The notes under the pieces were generated by a model, which saw nothing but the letters and a program-made list of their open reading frames with translations, ran no database searches and had not been told where the DNA came from. A stretch of 64,000 nucleotides of DNA, taken from an uncultured Candidatus Saccharibacteria bacterium (GTDB taxonomy: Bacteria > Patescibacteriota > Minisyncoccia > Phycocordibacterales > UBA9973). The stretch lies in NCBI GenBank assembly GCA_964596395.1, contig CAZQSY010000005.1, forward strand, positions 1,628 to 65,627. Reading direction: 5' to 3'. Shown in pieces: positions 46,621 to 57,612 of this stretch. The first letter of the stretch is position 1; every line of letters begins with the position of its first letter. A program made the position numbers and the translations under genes.

Positions 46621-47070
46621 ATGTACATAATATACGCTTTACTCGGAGCCGTGATGGCAAGCTTGGGAACTATTTTTGCCAAGCTGGGGCTAAAAGGAGT
46701 CGACGCGAACCTGCTCACCGCTATCCGCGGCATTGTGATGGCTATAATTGTCTCTATTGCCGCGCTATCTTTCGGTAAACTTACAATAACTTCAATATCT
46801 TCCCTTTCTACTAAGCAATGGGTTTTTGTGGTTCTATCAGGTATCGGAGGAGCACTGTCATGGATTTTCTTTTACCAAGCTTTGTCGGTAGGCCATACCG
46901 TCGCTGTGACAGTGATAGATAAATTATCTGTGGTATTGACAGCAATTCTTGCTGTTGTAGTTTTAGCGGAAGGAATAACGTTCCAAACAGGCATAGGCCT
47001 CGCGCTCGTATTCATCGGCACGCTTCTGGTCTCTGTCCCGTGGGAGAAAATTCAAAAAATTTTTACTTGA
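46621..47070 (+). CDS. EamA-like (DMT superfamily) small 4-TM transporter
   Basis: 149 aa, four TM helices, EamA-type motif LSGIGGALSWIFFYQAL. Confidence 0.55.
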   Translation: MYIIYALLGAVMASLGTIFAKLGLKGVDANLLTAIRGIVMAIIVSIAALSFGKLTITSISSLSTKQWVFVVLSGIGGALSWIFFYQALSVGHTVAVTVIDKLSVVLTAILAVVVLAEGITFQTGIGLALVFIGTLLVSVPWEKIQKIFT

Positions 47071-47737
47071 GCAAGAACCTCAAACTTGAGACGACGCGGA
47101 TTTTTTTGTACTCCGGCGAACCGGGGTCTTTGTCGGTAATATCGAAGACGCCTTGATTGCCCCGGGAGATGCCGCCGATATCCGAGCCGGATGCTTCCGC
47201 GAATTGCTGAGCAGAGGTCTTGGCGTTTTTTATTGCTTCGGCCAACATTTCGGGCTTGATGCTGTTGATGTCGGAAAATTCAAAAGAAATGGAATTCTGA
47301 TTCATTACTATTCCCTTCTTCACCAATTCCAAGGTGTTTTTTGAAACAGATTTCACCAAATCAACTTTCTTGGTATAAACCGAAAGCTGGGTGTTTGAAT
47401 TGTAGCGGAAGAGCGCTTCGCGGTACGTGTCTTGGTAAATGTTCACCGGAGCCACGTTTATTTCCGATTCTTCAAATCCTTTTTCTTTCAGAAAGGATTT
47501 TATGGTCGTAACATTTTTATCTATATCGGCGTAAAGAGAATCAACGTTGTTTGACTTAACTTCGAAGTTGATTGACCAAATGGCTGTATCGGCCTTGACG
47601 ATGCGCTCGGAAAGGCCTTTTACCTCTACGAATCTGCCCTGTTCGGAAAAATTGCCGGCAGCAGCGAAAAAGAGCAGAGAAAAAACCAGCAGAACCACGC
47701 TTATAATCAAAACACCGTTATTTTTTAGTTTTTCCAT
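47063..47737 (-). CDS. SIMPL-domain (DUF541) secreted protein
   Basis: Signal peptide then alternating beta/alpha pattern with AIKNAKTSAQQFAEASG, typical of SIMPL. Confidence 0.45.
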   Translation of the reverse strand: MEKLKNNGVLIISVVLLVFSLLFFAAAGNFSEQGRFVEVKGLSERIVKADTAIWSINFEVKSNNVDSLYADIDKNVTTIKSFLKEKGFEESEINVAPVNIYQDTYREALFRYNSNTQLSVYTKKVDLVKSVSKNTLELVKKGIVMNQNSISFEFSDINSIKPEMLAEAIKNAKTSAQQFAEASGSDIGGISRGNQGVFDITDKDPGSPEYKKIRVVSSLRFLLK

Positions 47738-47780
47738 ATAAATAAAAGTTATAATGTATTATATAAAGTATTATAACTTT

Positions 47781-48227
47781 TTATTTCTTAATCTCCAAGT
47801 TTTCTTCAATCTCCCGTAAGCGCCCTGAAATTTCTTTCACTTCTTTTTTTATTTCGCTGATTGCGCCGGTCTCTATCCTGACTTCTTCTTCCGTCTTCTC
47901 GGCCAGTTTCTTTTCGCCCTTGAGGCCGGTAACGATTACTTCGCTTCCCAAAAAGTCAAACACGAAAAGGCCGGTGGAAAGAAGTAGGGTTGAACCGATC
48001 AAGATTGACAGAGGCCCATCCCACCACAGGAGTGTGCCCAAGTCAATGCTTTCGTTCTGCTGATACGTAAACAAAACATCAGTGAAAAAATCGGCCGTGT
48101 GCCAAACGCCGCGCCAGAATATGACTATCCCCACCCCGCCCCAAAAAGCGTATAAAATCGGGTAACGGGAAAGCTTGCCCCTGATTTTGTCTTCAAGTTT
48201 GTCGAAAAATCTGTATATTACCTTCAC
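47781..48227 (-). CDS. hypothetical membrane protein
   Basis: 148 aa, three TM helices plus a C-terminal coiled coil. Confidence 0.3.
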   Translation of the reverse strand: MKVIYRFFDKLEDKIRGKLSRYPILYAFWGGVGIVIFWRGVWHTADFFTDVLFTYQQNESIDLGTLLWWDGPLSILIGSTLLLSTGLFVFDFLGSEVIVTGLKGEKKLAEKTEEEVRIETGAISEIKKEVKEISGRLREIEENLEIKK

Positions 48228-48245
48228 ATTCCTGATTTTAGCAGA

Positions 48246-49697
48246 TTAAGAAACAAACCCCAAGTTCTTGGCGAGTTTTCTGAACACCAAGAGCGACACC
48301 AAAAGCGCAACCGTGAAAAGAGCGACATAGGGCGCCGAAGAAGAATTTACCGGGCCGGAAGATTTATCTTCGGGCGCCGAATTTTCTTCAGACGGATTTT
48401 CCGCGGTTTTTTCAGTTTCCTCGGAATTCTTAGTGACAGAACCCTGCGCGTTTCCGCCGTTCAAAGAAGAAAAAACTGACTTGGCGCCCCCGCCAGCCGA
48501 AGCTGACAATCCGGCGGGCGGAATGCTGGCCGGTTTCAAAATCCTTTCAACCTGCGAATAAACATTTTTGAATTCTTTGTTGGCGCTTTCCTTTCCGTAA
48601 ATTTCAAGTTCTTTTGCCTGTGCGCGGCCCGAAGACACACCCTCTACTCCTCTACCCCGAATTTCAACTCTGAAATAACGCGCGGTAATATTCATCGTTT
48701 GGTTCGTCCAGCCGTTTATTTGAGCATTTTTGCCAGAAAAAAGGCGTGTCCAAGGAGCTGTCGCTTCATTCTTGTAGCTCGCTGACCAGGACTGGCTCAC
48801 CCAGGACCCGTCGGCATCGCCAAACAATCTAACTTCGTATAAGTCATACGGCTTTCCGAAATCAAATTCAAGCCAAAGAGGATCCCCGTCCCGCGAGAGC
48901 GAGGTACAGCCGCCGGTGCCGTATGAGTCCCCTTCGTAACACCCGTCCCACAATTTTTCGGGTCCGTATCCTTCAGAAAAATTTTTTGAATTTCCGAAAA
49001 GGGTCTCACTGTTTACCAAAGATTTTATTTCTTCAATATTTTCTTTTCCTTCGGCGCCAGTTTCGGAAACACCGCTCTCTTCCCCCGCTTGCGGCGCCGG
49101 CTCTGCTTCTGAATTTGCCGCAGGAGAAGCTAACATGTTGCAGTTTTCCGTTACGTTGCCCGAAATTTCAGCACCGCCCGCCACATTCCGCAAATTCAGG
49201 CACTCGCTTCCGGCATTTTTAAGAGTCATGTCGATTATTCCCACGTTCCTAAGACCGGCCACGCTTTCTGCCAGAATAAGAGTGTCCCGATAACCGTTTT
49301 TGCCCGAGTATTCAAACAATCCATCAATTGTAAAACCTCTCAGGGTGTAGTACCCGTAGCTAATTTCTGCCACGGCTTCATTCCCGGCGCCCGTCACAAT
49401 CGCGTCCTCCGGGCCGGCGACAGTTATAGGACGAGAATCCTCGCCGGGTCGTTTCGTCACAAAATCCTGCGGATAAATTCCTTCGGCCAGCTCTATACTG
49501 TCGCCGGCCTGCACCAAATCCAGGGCCTTTTGAATCGTCTGAAAAGGCCTTTCTTTAGACAGGCCGTCGTTTGAATCATTGCCACCCGGACTCACGTAGT
49601 AAATTACCTCCGCCGAAAAAGCGGAAAAAGGAATCAGAACCGACAGAATCAGAAAAAACAGGAAAGAGCCGAAGGTAAAATGTGAAAATTTTTCCAT
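48246..49697 (-). CDS. Secreted protein with parallel beta-helix repeats and an F5/8-type C (discoidin)-like domain, C-terminal TM anchor
   Basis: Signal peptide; beta-helix-like NVGIIDMTLKNAGSECLNLRNVAGGAEISGNVTENCN; discoidin-like WLEFDFGKPYDLYEVRLFGD...YFRVEIRG; C-terminal hydrophobic anchor. Confidence 0.5.
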   Translation of the reverse strand: MEKFSHFTFGSFLFFLILSVLIPFSAFSAEVIYYVSPGGNDSNDGLSKERPFQTIQKALDLVQAGDSIELAEGIYPQDFVTKRPGEDSRPITVAGPEDAIVTGAGNEAVAEISYGYYTLRGFTIDGLFEYSGKNGYRDTLILAESVAGLRNVGIIDMTLKNAGSECLNLRNVAGGAEISGNVTENCNMLASPAANSEAEPAPQAGEESGVSETGAEGKENIEEIKSLVNSETLFGNSKNFSEGYGPEKLWDGCYEGDSYGTGGCTSLSRDGDPLWLEFDFGKPYDLYEVRLFGDADGSWVSQSWSASYKNEATAPWTRLFSGKNAQINGWTNQTMNITARYFRVEIRGRGVEGVSSGRAQAKELEIYGKESANKEFKNVYSQVERILKPASIPPAGLSASAGGGAKSVFSSLNGGNAQGSVTKNSEETEKTAENPSEENSAPEDKSSGPVNSSSAPYVALFTVALLVSLLVFRKLAKNLGFVS

Positions 49698-49816
49698 GCT
49701 CGTATATTAATCATATCACATAGTACCTAAAACGCGAGGCAAGTGTTAAAATCACTTTTTCCCCTTTAAAAATTAAGCTAGGTTATAACGGCAAGCGGAA
49801 TAAATCGGGAGGTTTT

Positions 49817-50614
49817 TTATTTTCCAGAGTGTCCCTTCTTGAATTTTCTCCAAGCAACAAAACCGAGGGCTATCAAAAACAAAACTGCTATCGAATAGAG
49901 AATATTTTCTGATGTCAAAAATTCTGCGCCGAAAAGGGCCGTGGCTGCTTGGGAATTAGAATCAGCGGCACTCTCTTCTTGATCAGTTGTCTCAGGCGCG
50001 GCCTGATCAGATTCGGCAGAATCTTCCGCTTCAGAATCTTGGGAGTTCCCTGCAGGCGTGTTTGTCTCCGAAATTTGCGCGGCGGGCGCGGAGGGCTGCG
50101 TAGTGGGTACAATACTCGGCTGTTCGGCTGCTTCATTTACCGCCTCTCCTATTACTACATCTGTATTGTTCAAATCCCCGGAAAAAACATTTTTGTTGCC
50201 GGCATTCAGAATTTCAGTGTCTTCGGAAAGAGAGATGCTGACCACACCGTTACTTTTAGCTCGAAGGGTCAAAGTGCCGAATAATTGACTGCCGGTGAAT
50301 CCGTTAGGATAACCCGCTGTTTTTATCACCGAACCACCCGACATGACATTATACCCGGGCTGTGAAAGCACCAGCCACTCGGGAGCAAAAACAAAAGAAA
50401 TCGGCTCAACTTTATCTTCCGGGTACGACAATACTGCTTTCACTGTATAAACCTTCTCTCCTTCCTCTGGTATAACAGTAAGAGAAACCGCAAACTCTTC
50501 CCCCGCTGTCACGTTTTTAGAAGAAGAAAGAGTTATTCCCGCATCTGCAAAAACTGATGTAGAGGAAAAAGCAGTAAGTAATATTATGGCGATGATAATT
50601 GATATTTTTTTCAT
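49817..50614 (-). CDS. Surface-anchored hypothetical protein (signal peptide, C-terminal TM, acidic linker)
   Basis: 265 aa; no confident family (cohesin-like beta-sandwich possible). Confidence 0.35.
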   Translation of the reverse strand: MKKISIIIAIILLTAFSSTSVFADAGITLSSSKNVTAGEEFAVSLTVIPEEGEKVYTVKAVLSYPEDKVEPISFVFAPEWLVLSQPGYNVMSGGSVIKTAGYPNGFTGSQLFGTLTLRAKSNGVVSISLSEDTEILNAGNKNVFSGDLNNTDVVIGEAVNEAAEQPSIVPTTQPSAPAAQISETNTPAGNSQDSEAEDSAESDQAAPETTDQEESAADSNSQAATALFGAEFLTSENILYSIAVLFLIALGFVAWRKFKKGHSGK

Positions 50615-50619
50615 ATGTT

Positions 50620-53600
50620 TTAATTGTTAACCTTCCAATTTCTTATCATCAGGTCAAAGTCGCGCGTATCCACGACATCGTCGTTATTAAAGTCTGCCGG
50701 ATTTCCATTTCCTGTTTCTCCCCAATGAACCAAAAGCAGATTGAAGTCAAGAATTGTGTATGTTCTATCGTTTTCCCTCGTGCGAGAACGGCCTCCGCTA
50801 GAGCTAGTACTCCCCCCGCTGTTAACGGTACTTTGGCTAGGAGTAACCAAAATAGTTCTTTTAACTTCAGAAGCTTTATTGCCTGCGGAATCTGTGGCAT
50901 TATAAGTAACCTCGTAAGATCCGGGCGTGGAAGAATCTACAGTATCACCCCCCAACACAACCTCTACTGTGCCGTCCTTGTCATCAGTGGCGGTCGCGCC
51001 TTCTTCGGTGTAAACATCACCAGCGGTAAGACTTACTACAGAAGAACCATTAAGGGTAATTATCGGCGGAGTTGTATCGGGAGATTCGGTCACATTTACG
51101 GTGCGTATAACTTGTTCTGCTTGGTTGCCAACGCTATCTGCGGCGTCGTAGGTGACTTCGTAAGCACCCAGAACCCCTGTATCTACCGCATCACCTCCAA
51201 TTGATACAGAGACACTCCCTTCAACCGCATCTTGGGCAACTGCCCCTTCTTCGGTATAAGTTGAACCGAGAGCTATATTTAGCGTGGCGCCCCCATTAAG
51301 AGTTATAACTGGAGGAGTCGTATCAGAAACGGTAACCGTGAAAGAAGTGGGGACTGCGAAATTGCCACTCTGATCGGAAGCTGAGCACTCAACTATCGTT
51401 TCCCCCAGAGTGAAGGATGAACCCGACCCAGGAGTACAGATAGCTACTAAGTTAGTATCTATGTTGTCGGTAACCGAAGGCAGGGTGTAAGAGACTTCCG
51501 CACCTGAAGAAGAAGTGGCCTCGGCAGTCACGTTTTCATGAATCGCAATTTCTGGAACTTGCGTGTCTATAATAAGCGAAGCGCTCTTTTCAGCTTGATT
51601 ACCAAGTGTGTCGGTTGCCACCGCAGTGATAGTATAAGTACCATTAGTGAGAGTAAGGGCGCTAAAATTATAAGACCAGGTGTTGTCTCCATCGAAAACA
51701 TTATCTGAAGAAGGATTACCGGAAATTGTGACAACTACGGACTGAATAGTCACCTCTTCGGAGGCACTAGTAGCACTGACCGTGCCGGACACCGCAGTAC
51801 TATTCGGAGCGATGGGCACGTTTATCTCTAAGTTTGGAGCACTAGTATTTATAACGACTGAACCAGAAGCCGTGCCGACATTGCCTGCCTCATCCGTGCC
51901 AGATGCCTCTACCGAATAAGTGCCATCACTTAGCGAATCGGTGATATCAGCCAACCAAGTACCGTTGGTTCCAGAAGTCGGCGTAACCTCGGCGTCGTAT
52001 TCCACATCATTTATCTTTACTTTTACGGAAGCAGAGCTGTCGTTCGTGGTACCAGTAATAGTCGGAGTGCTGTCATTAGTTGTCTGCGAATTCACTGTAA
52101 GTTCGGGCACAGTAAAGTCAATCGAGAAACTTACATCTTTCGAAGCCGTGTTCCCTACTTCATCAAGAGCGCTCACGAGGAAAGTATAAGAGCCTTCGGC
52201 GTATTCTGAAATATCAATCGGCGAGGAAGGACACGGGGCAGGTGAAGCGCTGTTTAAGGAACAAAGCGGATCGCCGGTAGCGCCGGAAACTGCAAATACG
52301 ATTTGCGCTTCGGCAAGAGTTTCAGAATTTATGTTATTATCGGGTTCGACTGAAAGATCAACAACTGGCCCTGTCGCGTCAACAGTAAACGAATCACTCG
52401 TACCTTCCGCAGAATTGCCGCCTTCATCGGTGGCCTTGACTGTAACGGTATGTGAGCCATCTACAGTTATTGTGGGAACAAACGGGCTAGAGCAAGCTTC
52501 GAATGAGCCGTCGTCAACCTTGCATTCTGTAGTCGTTTCTGTGTTGTCGGTTACAACAAACTCGATAGACGGGGCGCCTGAAGTTGGGCTGGAAGGAGTG
52601 CTTACTGAAACAGACGGATTTGTGGTATCTGTCACAGTTGCGGTGAAACTAGTCGCCAAGGCCTCATTCCCACTCGTGTCAGTGGCCGTACAGTTAATGG
52701 TCGTATCACCAAAGTCAAACAAGGAACCGAAAGCAGGTGTACAAACTGCCGAAAACTGAGAATCATAGTTATCATCTACCAGAGGTGCCGTATAAGTTAC
52801 CACGGTGCCGGAAGTAGAAGTAGCTTCAACCGAGGCCAAATTTTCATGAGCCTGGATAACAGGTATAGTCGTATCCACCACATTTACTGTGCGAACGACT
52901 TCAGTAGCAGAATTGCCGTTTGAATCAGTAACGTTATACGTGACAGAATACTCCCCGACAACCGAAGTATTTACAGAATCTACCGTGACGATCGAGGCCG
53001 TGAGATCGCCATCCAAATTATCGCTTGCTGTGGCGCCAGAGTCGGTATAGGTGCTTCCTACCTCTACGGCAGTTGTGCTATCGCCAAGCAAAGTAATCAC
53101 CGGTTTAGTGCCGTCTATTACGTTTACGGTTCGTACTGCCTCATCAGCGATATTGCCGTTGGCGTCAGTGACGTTATACGTAACCGTATATGCCCCTAAG
53201 ACCCCAGTGTTTACAGAATTTACCGTGACGATCGAGGCCGAGAGGTCGCCATCCAAATTATCGTTTGCCGTGGCGCCAGGGTCGGTATAGGTGCCAAACA
53301 CTTCTGCAGATGCAGGGTTATCTCCAAGGATTGTTATCGACGGCTTAGTCGTGTCTATCACATTCACGGTACGGGTAACTTCTAGAGCTGTATTGCCGCT
53401 CGAATCAACCGCATTGTAGGTAACAGTATACGAACCAAGCACAGAAGTATTTACAGAAGAAGAATCTATGGTGGCTTCAAGGCCTGTATCATAATTATCT
53501 GTTACTGTAGCCCCTAATTCAGGGTACGACGAACCTGCCTGTATAGTTTGAGGATTATCGCCATCTAGAGTTATAACCGGCGGAGTGGTATCGGAAACGT

Positions 53601-56421
53601 TTACATCAAATTTGGTTGAAGTTGCAGCATTGCCTGCGTCATCTGTAACATTACAAGTAACTTCTGTTGACCCTAGAGCAAATGTTGAACCGGAAGCTGG
53701 TGTACAACTAGCAGTAAGACCGACACTAATGTTGTCAGTAACTACAGGTAGGTCATAAGAAACTATCGCCCCAGCCGGAGAAGTCGCTTCGGCTGAAACA
53801 TCGGCGTGTGCGACAATTACCGGCGCAGTAGTGTCCACTTTCCAAGTGAAGGTAACTACTGTCCCGAATGCTGATCCATCGGTAGATTTTACACTCACCG
53901 TATGGGTACCATCAGCAAGATCATTGTAATCCTTGGGACTCGTACAAGCCGTATACCCTGCCCCATCGAGATCACATTCTGAAGCTATCACGGCAACAGA
54001 ATCCGTAGCAGAGAAAGATACTGTTGCGAAATTAGATTTAGTGGTGTCACCACTATCTAGTGCTATATTGTCACCGTCTTTCACGGAAGTTATGGTAGTA
54101 ACTGGCCCTAAGGTATCTACAACATTTATGTTGAAAGTTTTAGTGCCTAAGTTTCCCCCCGTGTCAGAAGCAGTGCAAGTCACAGTGGTGATGCCAATCG
54201 GAAAAGTATCTCCTGAGAGAACGACTTTGGGGAAATTCACTCCCCAGACTGGGTGACCTTCATCCGGATAAGTAAGCGTAGGAATAGTACAAAAAGCACT
54301 AAGAGGAGAAGGCAAGCCAGTATCATCATCAGTTACAGAAGTGGTGAAGGATACAGGAGCACCGAGCGAAGAGGTTGCCTCCACGGTAATAACCCCTGAA
54401 ACTTCTTCCGTAATAGTGACAACTGGAGCCCCGGGATTCGACACGGGGTTGCCATTCATAAGAGCCAAACCCTCCTTTACTGTTACCACATCAACGCTAG
54501 ACCCTTTATCTGAAAGATAATTAATTATTTCCGAGAAAGAGTCCAGATTTATACAGAAGGTTTCTGATCCACAGTCTGGTTTTACTTCATGAAAAACTAA
54601 GATAAGCCAATCGCCTTTTGCTATAGCTCCATCAATCCACTCCTCCACACTGCCGAATCCGTCGGGATCCGGGTCAGAAGCAGATATAGGTGTGTTTAGA
54701 TTAACCTGGGCAGCAGAGAGCTTGTAGCGGTCACTTGATTTGTTGTTGTAAATAGGCTGACCTAATGCATCGATAAAATTCACAGTTCGTGCTCCGCCAC
54801 TGATGCCGGCCGATTTTAATTTATCAATTAAAGCATCATCGAATTCTCCAAACGGATAAGCAAAAGTACTAAAATAAGTATTGGCAGAAACACCTACGGC
54901 TGACAAGAGATCGAAGCGTAAACCATCCACCTCTGAAAAAAGATCCCTGGGTGAGAGCCCTTTTAACCCAACACCAGATGCACAATTATCTGTCGGATCC
55001 TCGGGGTCATCTCCGGGAGCGCATGGATCAGTCCTAGTGTGTGGAGCAATTTCATGGCCTTCACTGTCCAAAGTGTTTAACTCGGCAGAAGTCATGAAAT
55101 CATCACATCCAACTCCGCCATCAGCACAACCCACAGCACCCGAAATAATGTATTGAGTACTATCAAAACCAGCAGTGTTCAAAGTAGGACGGGCATAGTC
55201 GTAGATTGACTTTGTACCGTCGTCAAAAGACAAACTAACCATACCCCTTTCAAAAACGTTTGCATTGATAGTAAATACAGGAAGGGAAAGAACATTGCTC
55301 TGGTTACTAGATGAGTCTGTCACCTTTATAGCGCAGTTGCTGTAAGTACCTTCAGTTAGAGGTCCATAAGTCACCGTATTGTTGCCCACTACTGCGTTTG
55401 CAACGCTACCACTTCCGCAATCTCCGGTATAGGTCACAGCTCCAGCTTCAGTGGAACTAAAAACATAGCTCGGAGTTGTGTCGCTAGAAGTGGTCGGTAC
55501 AACGGTAATTTGCGCTAGAACGGGAGCAGTAGCATCGACTGTGTAATAGACTTTTACCTGAATCTGGTCAATATCCAAATCCCCTGTTGCAGAAATTGGA
55601 TCAATCCTCACTAAGAAGTTTCCATTATTAAAATCGCCTGGCGCCCATACATGGCTACCCCATTTGTCTGTAGGTGATCCCAATACAACTATCCTCTCGG
55701 TCGTTGTTAGATCTGTCCCATTTTTTGCGGTCGCGAAACTTGTTCCATTATTCCAAGAAAGGTTGGCACTGAAGGTGCGAGGCATAACTCCACCATCTCT
55801 TTTACCCTCTACAGAAACTTCTATGCCATCAATAGTAGCCGAGGCTGGTATTAAATACCCGAAGTTCTTGTAATCTACAATATCGTTGTTGTCGTTAAAG
55901 GTTGCGTAAGAGTTATTTGAAGTTAGGCCGTTGGCTTCAACAATATCACTGCCTCCATCACTGACCTCAGTAGCAATTGTCGGGGCATTCCAACCGCTTA
56001 CCACAAACACGGCATTGGTCAGTGTAAGAGTGGACCCTCCGGAGGTGCATCCGTTACCATTGTAAGCTACAAAGTATGCATTATAGAGGCCAGGGGTACT
56101 AGGGGCATTTATATTAAAAGTCTCGTCAGTATCACCATTACTGTTGTCTGGTGTATCAACGCAGGTTAGTGAGCCTGGAGAAGTTGCAATTCTCCAACCG
56201 GTAGAGTTCCAGTCATTGCTCGTACCAGAACCGGAAGCATTTACAGTAAGGTTGACTGAGATTATTCCACTAGGTGCGACTGCGTTTTGTGTAAGCACTG
56301 CAGACTGTGCATCCGCTGCCGCAAAAACTTTCAGAGGCCCAAACAGGAAGCTTAAAACAAAAACCAGCACAGTAATCCCTGTATATAGAAACTTAATATT
56401 GCTGTTCATGTCCTTTACCAT
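50620..56421 (-). CDS. Giant cell-surface protein (1933 aa) with CE4 polysaccharide-deacetylase domain, HYR and Ig-like (DUF5011-type) repeats, dockerin-like C-terminus
   Basis: Signal peptide; NodB motif MVSLSFDDGT; HYR-like VVTDNISVGLTASCTP / TAPLVDDNYDSQFSAVCTP; repeated DTT.P.ITL.GD......G..YT..GATA.DN.DG units; C-terminal DFNNDDVVDTRDFDLMIRNW dockerin-like motif. Confidence 0.8.
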   Translation of the reverse strand: MVKDMNSNIKFLYTGITVLVFVLSFLFGPLKVFAAADAQSAVLTQNAVAPSGIISVNLTVNASGSGTSNDWNSTGWRIATSPGSLTCVDTPDNSNGDTDETFNINAPSTPGLYNAYFVAYNGNGCTSGGSTLTLTNAVFVVSGWNAPTIATEVSDGGSDIVEANGLTSNNSYATFNDNNDIVDYKNFGYLIPASATIDGIEVSVEGKRDGGVMPRTFSANLSWNNGTSFATAKNGTDLTTTERIVVLGSPTDKWGSHVWAPGDFNNGNFLVRIDPISATGDLDIDQIQVKVYYTVDATAPVLAQITVVPTTSSDTTPSYVFSSTEAGAVTYTGDCGSGSVANAVVGNNTVTYGPLTEGTYSNCAIKVTDSSSNQSNVLSLPVFTINANVFERGMVSLSFDDGTKSIYDYARPTLNTAGFDSTQYIISGAVGCADGGVGCDDFMTSAELNTLDSEGHEIAPHTRTDPCAPGDDPEDPTDNCASGVGLKGLSPRDLFSEVDGLRFDLLSAVGVSANTYFSTFAYPFGEFDDALIDKLKSAGISGGARTVNFIDALGQPIYNNKSSDRYKLSAAQVNLNTPISASDPDPDGFGSVEEWIDGAIAKGDWLILVFHEVKPDCGSETFCINLDSFSEIINYLSDKGSSVDVVTVKEGLALMNGNPVSNPGAPVVTITEEVSGVITVEATSSLGAPVSFTTSVTDDDTGLPSPLSAFCTIPTLTYPDEGHPVWGVNFPKVVLSGDTFPIGITTVTCTASDTGGNLGTKTFNINVVDTLGPVTTITSVKDGDNIALDSGDTTKSNFATVSFSATDSVAVIASECDLDGAGYTACTSPKDYNDLADGTHTVSVKSTDGSAFGTVVTFTWKVDTTAPVIVAHADVSAEATSPAGAIVSYDLPVVTDNISVGLTASCTPASGSTFALGSTEVTCNVTDDAGNAATSTKFDVNVSDTTPPVITLDGDNPQTIQAGSSYPELGATVTDNYDTGLEATIDSSSVNTSVLGSYTVTYNAVDSSGNTALEVTRTVNVIDTTKPSITILGDNPASAEVFGTYTDPGATANDNLDGDLSASIVTVNSVNTGVLGAYTVTYNVTDANGNIADEAVRTVNVIDGTKPVITLLGDSTTAVEVGSTYTDSGATASDNLDGDLTASIVTVDSVNTSVVGEYSVTYNVTDSNGNSATEVVRTVNVVDTTIPVIQAHENLASVEATSTSGTVVTYTAPLVDDNYDSQFSAVCTPAFGSLFDFGDTTINCTATDTSGNEALATSFTATVTDTTNPSVSVSTPSSPTSGAPSIEFVVTDNTETTTECKVDDGSFEACSSPFVPTITVDGSHTVTVKATDEGGNSAEGTSDSFTVDATGPVVDLSVEPDNNINSETLAEAQIVFAVSGATGDPLCSLNSASPAPCPSSPIDISEYAEGSYTFLVSALDEVGNTASKDVSFSIDFTVPELTVNSQTTNDSTPTITGTTNDSSASVKVKINDVEYDAEVTPTSGTNGTWLADITDSLSDGTYSVEASGTDEAGNVGTASGSVVINTSAPNLEINVPIAPNSTAVSGTVSATSASEEVTIQSVVVTISGNPSSDNVFDGDNTWSYNFSALTLTNGTYTITAVATDTLGNQAEKSASLIIDTQVPEIAIHENVTAEATSSSGAEVSYTLPSVTDNIDTNLVAICTPGSGSSFTLGETIVECSASDQSGNFAVPTSFTVTVSDTTPPVITLNGGATLNIALGSTYTEEGAVAQDAVEGSVSVSIGGDAVDTGVLGAYEVTYDAADSVGNQAEQVIRTVNVTESPDTTPPIITLNGSSVVSLTAGDVYTEEGATATDDKDGTVEVVLGGDTVDSSTPGSYEVTYNATDSAGNKASEVKRTILVTPSQSTVNSGGSTSSSGGRSRTRENDRTYTILDFNLLLVHWGETGNGNPADFNNDDVVDTRDFDLMIRNWKVNN
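52931..53650. repeat. Intragenic tandem repeat, 3 x 240 bp (80-aa Ig-like domain units) within the giant surface-protein gene
   Basis: acgttatacgtgacagaatactcc.. at 52931 and acgttatacgtaaccgtatatgcc.. at 53171 are near-identical over ~200 bp; a third, diverged unit starts at 53411. Confidence 0.7.
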
Positions 56422-56555
56422 GTCCTTTATAAAAAATTCTCAGTTAGTTAAAATAATAATAAATTAAATATTAAGCCATAAAAAAAACTTTCTAAAAACG
56501 CTACTAAATAAAGGTTATCTCTGCTTTATCTTTACAAAAAACATTTGTGTATTAA

Positions 56556-56584
56556 TTTATACAGGAATATAAAAAGAATGTCAA
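56556..56584 (-). promoter_or_regulatory. Sigma70-like promoter candidate (TTGACA-17-TATAAA) for the giant surface-protein gene
   Basis: Minus strand reads ccctTGACAttctttttatattcctgTATAAAt, about 130 bp upstream of the ATG at 56421. Confidence 0.4.
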
Positions 56585-56678
56585 GGGACTTATAATTTTC
56601 GACCTAAAAGAAAAAGGTCGAATGAGTGAATATTCTTGAGGAGAAAGAGTAAAATAATCTTTCTATGTAGAAAAATAT

Positions 56679-57590
56679 TTACGGCCAGTTGATTTGAGAA
56701 GTTGTGATGATGTTCTTCCATGGACCTTCAGGAACATCAGTAAAGTCCACGAACTGCCAATCTACCTTGTTATCAGCATTGTTGAGGCCAGAAAATTTTA
56801 AACAATCTCGAAGTGCCGGAGAGACATCCATACCAGCGTTGTTTGCAATCTTGCTTTTTGGTCTTGCATCGATCGTACTGAAAACATAATTATAATCATC
56901 GTACACATACGGCCCTGCGTCTTCTATCTGCCCAAAACATGTGTTACCATTTCGAGTAATTTTTACCCACCGGTTTTTCATCATAGATTCGAGGGAACCC
57001 CAAGTTTTTTCTTTAGCCCAAGGTACAACTTGGTAAGCATTTGTTTTTCTAGTACCATTGTTGTTGAAATCATTGTAAGGGAGGTCTAGATAAAAGGGGT
57101 TCTCTTTCGGCGTGAAACCAGCCGGGTAGTATCCATTTCTATTTACATAGTCATCATAACCTCCGTAATTCTTTTGCCACTCATCATCCCAAGCAGAAAG
57201 CGCATTGTCTTCAGAGGAACCGTTACCAACTGGCTCCCCTACCCAAAAAACAGTAGCGGTGATATTTGTATGAAGTGGATATTTTGAAACAGGGACAGGT
57301 GCTGGCACCGGTGTTGGTGTTGGAGTTGGTGTTGGAGACGGTGTAGGTACTGGTACTGGAGAAGGTGTTGGTGTCGGCGGCGGAACTGGCGCCGGTTTGG
57401 GCGCAGGTGCTGGAGGATTTACAGGCGGTTTAATAACACGTCCGTGCTTTTTAAAACTCCACCAGGAAAAAGCCGGCATATCATCCTTCAAATTCACTAC
57501 CCCGCTTTCTGAGAGAATAAAAGAACCCGAAGCAAAGATAATAAGAAATAGAGCAACCCCAAGTGCGAAAACAAAATAATTATTTTTCAT
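56679..57590 (-). CDS. Secreted hypothetical protein with Pro/Thr-rich linker
   Basis: TM/signal MKNNYFVFALGVALFLIIF, PAPAPKPAPVPPPTPTPSPVPVPTPSPTPTPTP linker, ~200-aa C-terminal domain of unknown family. The long ORF-track N-terminus overlaps the upstream gene. Confidence 0.4.
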   Translation of the reverse strand: MKNNYFVFALGVALFLIIFASGSFILSESGVVNLKDDMPAFSWWSFKKHGRVIKPPVNPPAPAPKPAPVPPPTPTPSPVPVPTPSPTPTPTPTPVPAPVPVSKYPLHTNITATVFWVGEPVGNGSSEDNALSAWDDEWQKNYGGYDDYVNRNGYYPAGFTPKENPFYLDLPYNDFNNNGTRKTNAYQVVPWAKEKTWGSLESMMKNRWVKITRNGNTCFGQIEDAGPYVYDDYNYVFSTIDARPKSKIANNAGMDVSPALRDCLKFSGLNNADNKVDWQFVDFTDVPEGPWKNIITTSQINWP

Positions 57591-57612
57591 ACTATTAAAT
57601 ATAGTAACAAAT